A stretch of 64,000 nucleotides of DNA from Salinimicrobium sp. (lineage in GTDB: Archaea; Thermoplasmatota; Poseidoniia; Poseidoniales; Poseidoniaceae): contig CAXRAI010000015.1 of assembly GCA_964228865.1 (NCBI GenBank), forward strand, positions 17,936 through 81,935, read 5' to 3'. Positions 10,374-18,411 of this stretch are shown piece after piece. Below the pieces are notes generated by a model that ran no database searches, was not told the DNA's origin, and was given only the letters and a program-made list of their open reading frames with translations. Numbering within the stretch: the stretch's first letter is position 1; each line of letters begins with the position of its first letter. Position numbers and translations under genes: made by a program.

Positions 10374-10999
10374 TGAAGCGTGGGAGCCTTCATCAAGGAG
10401 GCATCCGACGCGAGGCCGGTGACCGCATGAGCCTGCCGGACGACCAACTCCGCCGTCTGCTCGACGGGGAGATCGACGCCGGTGAGTTGGCCGGAGACCG
10501 GGTCATGGCCAGCATCGCCGACCGGGTGTTCGGCGTCAAGGTCGACCCTGCCGTCCGTCCCGTCAAGCCTCGCGACGCGGCCGCCATGGGACAAGAACCC
10601 GGGGCGCCAGCGCCCGCCCAGCCTCAGATGTTGGTGGAAATCATTCCCGGTGGTGGAGCTCCGCTTCCAACCATGGAGGCACCACCAATTGGGGGCGCCC
10701 TTCCTGCTCTGGAGAAGCCGGCGGCCATCAAGCGCCGACGAAAAGGTCTGGTCTTCGTTGGGCTGCTTGGCCTTGCTGCCGCCCTGGTGAACGTTTTCGT
10801 CGGGATGGGCGAATTTATTCCAACCTGCGACCCGAGTGTTCACGTCACCTGTGGTCAATCGCTGAAGCTGAACTGGCTTGATGCGTACAAGACCGCAGAA
10901 CACATCGCTTGGGGCCCCACCGGGGTGTGGGGCATTCCGGACATGGTCGCCACTGGCGCGAGTGCGCTGCTCATGCTCTTCGGTCTCAAGAAGCGCTGA
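10370..10999 (+). CDS. hypothetical membrane protein (Pro/Ala-rich linker, two C-terminal TM segments)
   Basis: The start (GTG 10370 / ATG 10373) overlaps the tal stop. Hydrophobic stretches [20 protein letters not shown] and [15 protein letters not shown] are present. I recognise no family. The competing antisense ORF 10298..11245 is Arg/Gly-rich and looks spurious. Confidence 0.45.
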   Translation: MMKRGSLHQGGIRREAGDRMSLPDDQLRRLLDGEIDAGELAGDRVMASIADRVFGVKVDPAVRPVKPRDAAAMGQEPGAPAPAQPQMLVEIIPGGGAPLPTMEAPPIGGALPALEKPAAIKRRRKGLVFVGLLGLAAALVNVFVGMGEFIPTCDPSVHVTCGQSLKLNWLDAYKTAEHIAWGPTGVWGIPDMVATGASALLMLFGLKKR

Positions 11000-11038
11000 A
11001 GCCGTCATCTTGATGGCTCCAAGCGCAGGCCACACATC

Positions 11039-12556
11039 ATGGGCAAGAAGGTCGCCAAGGCCAACCGAGGGATTCCATCCAAGGCTGAGGCCTTTACGGA
11101 ATGGTACCCCTTCATCGTTGAAGCGGCTGAGTTGGTCGACAAGCGCTACCCAATCAAGGGCATGGACGTCTGGCGCCCGTACGGCTGGAAGACCATGCGG
11201 CTCATCGACAATTTGACCCATGCGGAAATGGAGCGAACGGACCACGACGAGGTCAACTTCCCGCTCCTGATTCCAGAAGTGCTCCTCGAGAAAGAAAACG
11301 CCCTTGTGGCACGACTAAAGCGCGCTCGAGAAGAAGGCGTTGATCCCGACGAATTGCGCGATGAGGAAGAAGAAGCCGGTTTCAAGAAGGAAGTCTACTG
11401 GGTCAAGCACGCTGGAGAAAACGAGCTTGACGTCCCCATGTTCCTGCGCCCAACCTCTGAAACGGCCATGTACACCATGTTCCCCTTGTGGATTCGATCC
11501 CACGCGGACTTGCCGTTGAAGGTCTACCAGATGGTCAACACCTTCCGTTACGAGACCAAGCAAACGCGTTCCTTCATCCGTGTGCGTGAAATCCACTTCT
11601 TCGAAGCGCACACGGCCCACATTGACGAGGACGACGCCTCGCGACAAATCGAACAAGATTTGGAAATCGTCGATCGACTCATGCACCACCTTTGCCTTCC
11701 GGTGTTGAAGGCCAAGCGACCGGTGTGGGACACCTTCCCTGGCGCGTGGTACACCATCGGCATCGATGCCATCATGCCGAACGGTCGCACGCTGCAGGTG
11801 GCCTCCTGCCACCACTACCGTGACCAATGGGCGAAGGCCTTCGACATCACCTACGAAACCAAAGACGCCGCACAAGCCCACGTGCATCAGACCACCTACG
11901 GGATGTCCGAGCGGCTTCTGGGCGCCGTGGTCGGCATGCATGGCGACGATTCAGGATTGATCATGCCCCCCGCCATTGCACCGCTCCAGGTGGTCATCTG
12001 TCCCTTGGTGCGCAAGAACGCCACCGTGGACACGGTGGCGGTGGCTCACGATGTGGCCGACCGCCTGCGAAACGCGGGCTTCCGTGTCAAGGTCGACGAC
12101 CGTGACCTCCACCCCGGTCAGAAGTACTACGATTGGGAGATCAAGGGCGTCCCGCTCCGGCTCGAAGTTGGGCCACGCGACGTGGAACAGGGCAGCGTCT
12201 TCGCTGCACGCCGCACGGGCGGCAAGGCGCCGATTCCAATGGACGAACTCGAAAGCGGTGTTCGTTCGACCCTTGACGACATCGCAGAAGAGTTGCGCAC
12301 CCGCGCCCACGCCCACGTGGACGACGTCGTGAAACCGCTCCCCGCGTGGGGCGAGAACGGACTTGAATCGCCTGTTGAGGAAGGCCGCATCTATGAGTTG
12401 GCCTTCAACGGCAGCGATGCCGATGCAGAGCGCCTTGAGCGAGCCACGGGTATGGGCTTCCTCGGCGACGCCACGGAGCCCTATGCCGACCCACGTCCAT
12501 GCCATGCCACGGGTGAGCCCACCACGCGCCGGGTCCTGATGTCACGGTCCTACTGA
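11039..12556 (+). CDS. proS: prolyl-tRNA synthetase (archaeal/eukaryal type)
   Basis: 505 aa. FTEWYPFIVEAAELVDKRYPIKGMDVWRPYGW, FLRPTSETAMY, and NTFRYETKQTRSFIRVREIHFFEAHT (class II motif 2 region) are seen. Confidence 0.9.
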   Translation: MGKKVAKANRGIPSKAEAFTEWYPFIVEAAELVDKRYPIKGMDVWRPYGWKTMRLIDNLTHAEMERTDHDEVNFPLLIPEVLLEKENALVARLKRAREEGVDPDELRDEEEEAGFKKEVYWVKHAGENELDVPMFLRPTSETAMYTMFPLWIRSHADLPLKVYQMVNTFRYETKQTRSFIRVREIHFFEAHTAHIDEDDASRQIEQDLEIVDRLMHHLCLPVLKAKRPVWDTFPGAWYTIGIDAIMPNGRTLQVASCHHYRDQWAKAFDITYETKDAAQAHVHQTTYGMSERLLGAVVGMHGDDSGLIMPPAIAPLQVVICPLVRKNATVDTVAVAHDVADRLRNAGFRVKVDDRDLHPGQKYYDWEIKGVPLRLEVGPRDVEQGSVFAARRTGGKAPIPMDELESGVRSTLDDIAEELRTRAHAHVDDVVKPLPAWGENGLESPVEEGRIYELAFNGSDADAERLERATGMGFLGDATEPYADPRPCHATGEPTTRRVLMSRSY

Positions 12557-12672
12557 GCAACACCCCACAAGATCTGGATGTCCGTTAACATCCTTTGAAG
12601 CCGGTCCAGTGGATTGTGTGGCAATGACGTTGTAGGCTTTGATGAACACCACAGGCCAAAGGATATACGCGG

Positions 12673-14799
12673 ATGTTGAACGTTGGAAGACCGATGACAA
12701 CAACCGCTCGACCACAAATCGCAGCCATTGTTCTCATTGGGCTGCTCGTCGGAAGCCTTGGCATCATCACCCTCAACACGGATGAAAAAGAGGTGGATGA
12801 ACCGGTTGACGACGTGAACGATGAGGTCCATGACCACAGCAGCCATGACCATGGTGCACCCATTGTGGTCGCCTTGTTGCAGGAAAACGATGACGGAAAT
12901 TGGAGCATCCTTGGTGGCGTGGCCCACGCCTACCCAGACTTGGTACGGGTCACCGTGACCGCCACAACAACCACTGGCACGGAGACCGTGGCCGTGCTCG
13001 AATCCGCGGACATCGACGAAGGGGGCGCATGGAGCGTCGAACTGTCGTCGAACCTGTCGGACGGCAACGCTTGGGACAGTCTGCACATCATCGCAACGGA
13101 CGTCGGGGCCAACACCACCTCTGAGCCGCTCGTTCTGACGCGAACAACGAGCGACAACAACGAGGAAGAAACCCCAGGATCAACACCTCGTTCAGAACAA
13201 TGTTTGGACAGCCATGCCAACCTCGCCATGCACACCCACCCGTTCATGGAACTGGTCGTCAACGGCACAGCAATCTCCATTCCATCCAACCTCGGCATCG
13301 ACACCTCGGCATGTCCGAACGCCATGCACCTCTTGCACACGCACGACACAAGCGGAAAGTTGCACGTCGAGGGATATGACGCCTTCACGCCAACGGCTGA
13401 GCTCTTCTTTGCGGTCTGGAACCTGTCGTATCCTGACTCCACAACGCTTGACCCGCTGTTCCTCGACGCACAAAACGTCAGCATCACCGTCGACGGAGCC
13501 ACCTACACAGGTCCGTGGTCAGCGCTGGACCTGTTGGACGGTGAAACCACCAGGATCGTCCATGACGCGACCCGCCCAGACACCGACGGAGACGGCGTCC
13601 CCGATGATCTCGACGCGTGTGAAGGTCATGACGACAACATCGATGAAGACGAAGACGGAACCGCAGACGGTTGCGACGATGAAATTCGAAGGCAATACGA
13701 CGCAAGCGACCTCGCTGAATTTTGGATGGACGTCTTCCTCTGCCAGCACGGTTCTGGTACGGGCATCGACGACCTGAACACGACAGAAAACGATGGCCAC
13801 ATCTGTGAAGTGACCGTCACCGTGGTCGGCGACAACGTGAGTTTGTCGATGAACGGACTGCCCAACCATGACCTCGAATCAGGACCTGGTTGTTGTGCCG
13901 CTGCTCAAGACTACACCATCCTTGTTCCACGATCACCTGTGAACGACACGATGGGCGGCCACGATGCCACGAACTGTCCAGAAGCCAACGGTGCATTCGC
14001 TTGTGCCCCAGACCGTGGAGAAATCGCCTTCGCTCTGAACGGCGTTCCCATCTACGGTCCTGAGGACGGCCCCGGCGGAGACGCTGTGGCCTCTCACCAT
14101 GGCGTTTACGAAGAAGACCGGCAAGAAATCTGGTTGGGACTTTGCCACGCCCACAGCGGCCCAGGTGGGACCTACCATTACCATGCAGACGGAAATTGCA
14201 TGCATTGGCACCCAGATGAAGGTGAAACGTGGTTGGATTACGAATGGCCCGGGAACACCTCGACGAACACCTCATCGGGAGTGATCGGCATAGCGTTCGA
14301 CGGTTACCCGATTTACGGCGCATACGGCGACGCTGGAAACGGCACGATTGAGGAGATGATGTCCTCCTATCGCCTCAAAGCCGGCGAGACAGGGTACAAC
14401 GGTATTGACGACTACGAGTACGTCGAAGGTTTGGGTCACTTGGACGTATGCAACGGTCATTTTGGACCAACACCAGACTTCCCAAACGGCATCTACCACT
14501 ACCACTCCACCATGGTCAACGGTGAGGGTGACATGGGGTTCCCATACTTCCTCATCTGCTACCGCGGCGTGGTTGACGAGGCCCTGCTTGGTGGGGGTGG
14601 AAACGGTGATGACGCGTGCGCTGGTCACGGCGAGACTTGGGGGCCAGGCATTGGTCCACCACCAGAAGGATGTGACCAAGGGCCACCGCCAGGTGGTCAA
14701 TCCACGGACCCCGTGTTGGTGCCCACCCTGCGCTTCGACGTGAGCATCCTGCTGATCATCGCTGTGTTGGCCGGAGCAGCATGGCGGTTGCGCCGCTGA
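12673..14799 (+). CDS. secreted/anchored YHYH-domain protein with TSP3-like Ca-binding repeat and C-terminal TM anchor
   Basis: 708 aa. There is an N-terminal TM/signal anchor (IAAIVLIGLLVGSLGII). A His-rich block reads HTHPFMELVVNG...HLLHTHDTSGKLHVEG, followed by DTDGDGVPDDLDACEGHDDNIDEDEDGTADGCDD. Two YHYH motifs are present (GGTYHYHADGNC, NGIYHYHSTM). The extreme C-terminus is a Pro/Gly linker + VSILLIIAVLAGAAW + RLRR. Confidence 0.75.
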   Translation: MLNVGRPMTTTARPQIAAIVLIGLLVGSLGIITLNTDEKEVDEPVDDVNDEVHDHSSHDHGAPIVVALLQENDDGNWSILGGVAHAYPDLVRVTVTATTTTGTETVAVLESADIDEGGAWSVELSSNLSDGNAWDSLHIIATDVGANTTSEPLVLTRTTSDNNEEETPGSTPRSEQCLDSHANLAMHTHPFMELVVNGTAISIPSNLGIDTSACPNAMHLLHTHDTSGKLHVEGYDAFTPTAELFFAVWNLSYPDSTTLDPLFLDAQNVSITVDGATYTGPWSALDLLDGETTRIVHDATRPDTDGDGVPDDLDACEGHDDNIDEDEDGTADGCDDEIRRQYDASDLAEFWMDVFLCQHGSGTGIDDLNTTENDGHICEVTVTVVGDNVSLSMNGLPNHDLESGPGCCAAAQDYTILVPRSPVNDTMGGHDATNCPEANGAFACAPDRGEIAFALNGVPIYGPEDGPGGDAVASHHGVYEEDRQEIWLGLCHAHSGPGGTYHYHADGNCMHWHPDEGETWLDYEWPGNTSTNTSSGVIGIAFDGYPIYGAYGDAGNGTIEEMMSSYRLKAGETGYNGIDDYEYVEGLGHLDVCNGHFGPTPDFPNGIYHYHSTMVNGEGDMGFPYFLICYRGVVDEALLGGGGNGDDACAGHGETWGPGIGPPPEGCDQGPPPGGQSTDPVLVPTLRFDVSILLIIAVLAGAAWRLRR

Positions 14800-14808
14800 G
14801 GACTTGCG

Positions 14809-14822
14809 CATGTTCGAACATG
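14809..14822. repeat. perfect 14-bp palindrome catgttcgaacatg in a convergent intergenic gap
   Basis: Read directly from the sequence; the reverse complement is identical. It lies 10 nt after the stop of the YHYH gene and 54 nt beyond the 3-prime end of srp54. It could be a terminator hairpin or a dimeric protein-binding site. Confidence 0.6.
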
Positions 14823-14875
14823 GTGAGCACCTTCGCCATACGGACGGCTAGGCGAAAGCGACGTTCGGGCCACGC

Positions 14876-16246
14876 TTAGAAGGGGAGTGAATCCCCGTCG
14901 AGGTCCATTTCGCCCTCCTTCATCATCTTCCGCATCTGCTTGTTGAGGCGACGGTTTCCTCCCATGCCCTTCATCATCTTCCGCGAGCGGTTCCATTGCC
15001 CGATCAGTTCACGGACGTCTTTTTCCTTCACGCCCGAACCTTTTGCAATGCGACGAACGCGCTCAACCTTGATCTTCGCAGGCTCGTTCTTCTCCCACGT
15101 GGTCATGCTGTCCATGATGACACGGTAGCGATCAAGGTTGGCCTGCATGGCTTCTTTTTGCGATTTGGAGGCTTGGGCCATCCCACCGAGCATGCCTCCC
15201 GGAAGGAAGGACATCAGCTTGTCAATCGTGCCCACTTTGGACATCATTTCCATTTGCTTGTACATGTCGTTCAGGGTAAATCGGCCTGACATCAACCGCT
15301 GTGTGAGCCGCATGGCTTCCTCTTCATCGAGGTCCTCAGGAGCCAGGTCGATGAGGCCCTGAATGTCACCCATACCGAGCAATCGGGAGATGAAGCGGTC
15401 GGATTCGAAGCGTTCGAGGTCCTTGACCTGCTCACCCACACCAATGTGGACGATGGGCGCCCCCGTGGCAGCGACGGCCGACAGCGCACCACCACCTCGT
15501 GCGGTACCGTCGAGTTTGGTGATGACGATCCCCGTCACGCCAGCCAGGTCGTGGAAGGAAGCGGCGACGGGGCCCGCGGCCTGTCCGACCTGTGCGTCGA
15601 TGACCAACCACCGTTCTTCGGCTTGCGCCAAGGCCGCGATTTCGTCAAGTTCAACCACCAATTCCTGATCGAGCTCGTGACGACCTGCGGTGTCGATGAT
15701 GACGAAATCCGCCGATGCCGTGGCTTCAAGCCCGTTGCGGACGATGGTGGCCGCGTCTTTGGTCTCCGGTTCTCCGTACACCTGAACCGAAGTGCCTTCG
15801 AGCAATTGGCTCAGTTGAGCATAGGCCCCGGGACGGTGAACGTCGGCCTCGATGACGGCCACGCGGACGCCGTGCTTCTTGCGGTACCACTCGGCCAACT
15901 TTGCCGTCGTGGTCGTCTTTCCTTGACCGTAGAGACCGACGAGCAGCAGGGTGTTGCCGTGCGGTCGGAATTCTGCAGACGGGCCAAGCAAGCGAACCAA
16001 TTCGGTGTACAGGATGTTCATCGCATGGGTCTGGAGGGTGATTCCGGGGCGTGGTTCCTCCTCACGCATCCTTGATTCGAGCCGTTCGACGATTTCCTTC
16101 GTCTGTCGGACGTTGAAATCCGCTTCCTGCAGAGCCCTGCGCAGGCTCTTCGTCATGTCGCGGAGCTCTTCCTCGTCCAAGCGACGCTTCGACTTCAGAA
16201 AGCCGAGGGACCGGAAAATCCCTTTCGAGAGGCCTTCCAGCGCCAT
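14876..16246 (-). CDS. srp54: signal recognition particle protein SRP54
   Basis: 456 aa. GLYGQGKTTTTAKLA (G1), DTAGRH (G3) and TKLDGTARGG (G4) are seen, plus a Met-rich C-terminal M domain (MMKGMGGNRRLNKQMRKMMKEGEM). Confidence 0.95.
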   Translation of the reverse strand: MALEGLSKGIFRSLGFLKSKRRLDEEELRDMTKSLRRALQEADFNVRQTKEIVERLESRMREEEPRPGITLQTHAMNILYTELVRLLGPSAEFRPHGNTLLLVGLYGQGKTTTTAKLAEWYRKKHGVRVAVIEADVHRPGAYAQLSQLLEGTSVQVYGEPETKDAATIVRNGLEATASADFVIIDTAGRHELDQELVVELDEIAALAQAEERWLVIDAQVGQAAGPVAASFHDLAGVTGIVITKLDGTARGGGALSAVAATGAPIVHIGVGEQVKDLERFESDRFISRLLGMGDIQGLIDLAPEDLDEEEAMRLTQRLMSGRFTLNDMYKQMEMMSKVGTIDKLMSFLPGGMLGGMAQASKSQKEAMQANLDRYRVIMDSMTTWEKNEPAKIKVERVRRIAKGSGVKEKDVRELIGQWNRSRKMMKGMGGNRRLNKQMRKMMKEGEMDLDGDSLPF

Positions 16247-16286
16247 GACTTCGCCTCACAGGGGGTGGGTTTCAACCTGTTGACGG

Positions 16287-17531
16287 TCAGGAAAGCGGGA
16301 CCGTGAGGTGCAGCACCTCGCCTCGGAACCGAGCAACCACCGTGCTGGCTTTGACCGCAGTGGACGTCGGCACATGCCGTTCGTGACCGTTCACGCCGAC
16401 GAGCAGCCGACCTTCCTCGCTGCGAAGACTGAGGTCCTCACGGGCGAGACCAGGGAGGTGAAGTTGGATGGTCTCCTCGTGTTCGGCTTGTTCAACCACG
16501 AGCGAACGGTGGAGTTCGTGGTGCAACGGGTCGCCCATTGGATGCGGTCCAATGCCCTCTGGCATGGGCTGAAGGTCGCCGTAAAGGACCTGAGCAAGAT
16601 CGCGAAGGCCATCAAGCCCGTGCACTTCCGTGTCCATCAACGGCACACAGACCGGCGTGAATTCTCCGAGTGCTTCCTCGAGTTCGCGAATCCTGCCCTG
16701 CTCTTCCGAGCGACGACGTGCCAAGAAGGGGTGATCGAATTCGGGCGTCACGCGGTTGACCACGCAGCCCGTGACCGGCAAACCATGGTGCTGCAGGGCT
16801 TCGTTCGCCCGGACGGTCTCGTTGACCCCCATGCGTTCAGGAATGGTGACCAAGGTGAACCTCGTCGTGGACGGGTCGGAAAGGATCCTCCGGATGTGCA
16901 ACACGCGGCGACGGAAGCGCTCCAATTCATCCTTCATGGCGTCGCTTTCCTTCCGTCCGAAGAGCATCGAGCGGAGGCCACCAGAGGCGCGCATCAAGCG
17001 GAGCAACCGGTCGGACCATGCGTCGATGAGTTCAGGCAGGGCCAAAAAGCGCAGCGTGTGACCTGTTGGGGCCGTGTCGAAGACCACCACGTCCCAGCGA
17101 AGGTCTTCGATGTGTTTGAGCAATTCATCGAACGCCAAGGCTTCATCGAGGCCCGGCAAGAGAAGGTCAGACGCTTCAACCTCGTTGCCAACGTCTGCTG
17201 CTGCTCCACCGAGATCGCCCCCTGCCATGCCCGCCAAACCAGCAAAAGGCCCTCCTTGGCCGAGGCCCTGCATCGCTTCAGACAATTTTGGCATGGCCTG
17301 AGCCACGCGAGCTTCAGGGTCCATCTCCAGACCGAAGAGTCCGGGGACGCCCTCAACGGGCGTGGGTTCCGGTCCAAGTTCAAGGCCCAACGAGTCCGAC
17401 GTTGAGTGGGCCGGATCGCTGGACACCAACAAGACCCGTAGCCCAGCGTCGGCAAGGCGGATGGCGCTCGCTGCAGAGCAGGTGGTCTTTCCAACCCCAC
17501 CTTTTCCGCCAAACAACAGCAGTCGGGCCAT
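16287..17531 (-). CDS. ArsA/Get3-family ATPase fused to a C-terminal HSP20/alpha-crystallin-like domain
   Basis: 414 aa. FGGKGGVGKTT P-loop, SSDPAHSTSD, and DTAPTGHTLRFL switch II are seen. The last ~100 aa (TIQLHLPGLAREDLSLRSEEGRLLVGVNG...VVARFRGEVLHLTVPL) look like a small-HSP beta-sandwich. Confidence 0.8.
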   Translation of the reverse strand: MARLLLFGGKGGVGKTTCSAASAIRLADAGLRVLLVSSDPAHSTSDSLGLELGPEPTPVEGVPGLFGLEMDPEARVAQAMPKLSEAMQGLGQGGPFAGLAGMAGGDLGGAAADVGNEVEASDLLLPGLDEALAFDELLKHIEDLRWDVVVFDTAPTGHTLRFLALPELIDAWSDRLLRLMRASGGLRSMLFGRKESDAMKDELERFRRRVLHIRRILSDPSTTRFTLVTIPERMGVNETVRANEALQHHGLPVTGCVVNRVTPEFDHPFLARRRSEEQGRIRELEEALGEFTPVCVPLMDTEVHGLDGLRDLAQVLYGDLQPMPEGIGPHPMGDPLHHELHRSLVVEQAEHEETIQLHLPGLAREDLSLRSEEGRLLVGVNGHERHVPTSTAVKASTVVARFRGEVLHLTVPLS

Positions 17532-17574
17532 GGCTCCGCTGAGGAACGGCGTCGTTTGAACTTCTCGACGTGGG

Positions 17575-18366
17575 ATGCTTCATCAACGAGAGGTCCTGCC
17601 TTCAAGCATGCAAGAGGCGCTGGTCTTCCAGATCGCGGCCTTGCTGGCCTTGCTTGGCATGGGATTGGCTTGGCGAGGTGTGATGACGCAATACGCGGGC
17701 TTCTATGATCTGAGCCTCGCCTGGAGCCACGTCTTGTGGGGTTTCGTCCTCGGCGCCGTGGTGGCTGCGCTCGAATTCCAGACGCTGTTCATTCCATACT
17801 ACGACGTGGTCATCGGCGGTGCGGCAGCATCTCAAGGCCCGAATCTCTTGGTCTTGCTCTGGTTCGTGTCGATGCACTCTGCGGCTGCACACCTCATCCT
17901 TCGACGCACCAAGGTGAGGGAAGCGAGTGCCCAAACCACGTCAGGGTGGGCCCTCGGCGCTGCGATGGGAGGCATGCAAGGACTGTTTTTGAGTGCCCAA
18001 CTTTTGAACGCCGAAGGGACCTTTCAAGGTGCTCACCGGTGGCTCGGAGCTGCTGCGTTCGGGCTCCTGCTTCCCCGACTCGAAGGAACCCTGACCGCGT
18101 GGCAAGGCCATTTGATGTTGCAAGGAAGGCGACTGGGGGCAGTCTTCCGCGCCGCTGTTTGGCGAATGGTCCTCCTGACCCTCGCGTACTACGCCTTTTT
18201 CCAACCGCTGGTGTGGTTGGCTGCGATGGTGATCCTGCTGTCGATGGAACCCCGTGTCAGTGGATGGGTGTGGGACGGCCTCAGTCCTCAGGCCAAGCGT
18301 GCCCTCCGTCGCGTGCGTGCGGAGCGGGCCCGCGAGGAGCGCATCCGGGAACGAGAGGAGGAGTAA
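17575..18366 (+). CDS. hypothetical polytopic membrane protein with basic/acidic C-terminal tail
   Basis: 263 aa with 6-7 hydrophobic segments. The tail reads RALRRVRAERAREERIREREEE. An alternative ATG lies at 17608 (MQEALVF). No family recognised. Confidence 0.5.
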   Translation: MLHQREVLPSSMQEALVFQIAALLALLGMGLAWRGVMTQYAGFYDLSLAWSHVLWGFVLGAVVAALEFQTLFIPYYDVVIGGAAASQGPNLLVLLWFVSMHSAAAHLILRRTKVREASAQTTSGWALGAAMGGMQGLFLSAQLLNAEGTFQGAHRWLGAAAFGLLLPRLEGTLTAWQGHLMLQGRRLGAVFRAAVWRMVLLTLAYYAFFQPLVWLAAMVILLSMEPRVSGWVWDGLSPQAKRALRRVRAERAREERIREREEE

Positions 18367-18411
18367 ATCCTCCAAGGAAGCGTTAAACGGCGTCGGTCGG
18401 CAGAAGGGAGC

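Noticed and set aside
10298-11245. 315-aa minus-strand ORF spanning the tal 3-prime end, the hypothetical gene and the proS 5-prime end
   Set aside because: It overlaps two well-supported plus-strand genes, and its composition is Arg/Gly/His-rich. The plus-strand hypothetical ORF is start/stop-coupled to tal and has TM helices, so I preferred it.
12637-12672. Possible TATA-like patch (ggatatac) just upstream of the YHYH gene, implying a leaderless mRNA starting at the ATG at 12694
   Set aside because: The match to the archaeal TATA consensus is weak, and the spacing argument is speculative without transcript 5-prime end data.
16308-17405. 365-aa plus-strand ORF inside the ArsA/Get3-like gene
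   Set aside because: It is antisense to a gene with P-loop, switch I and switch II motifs.
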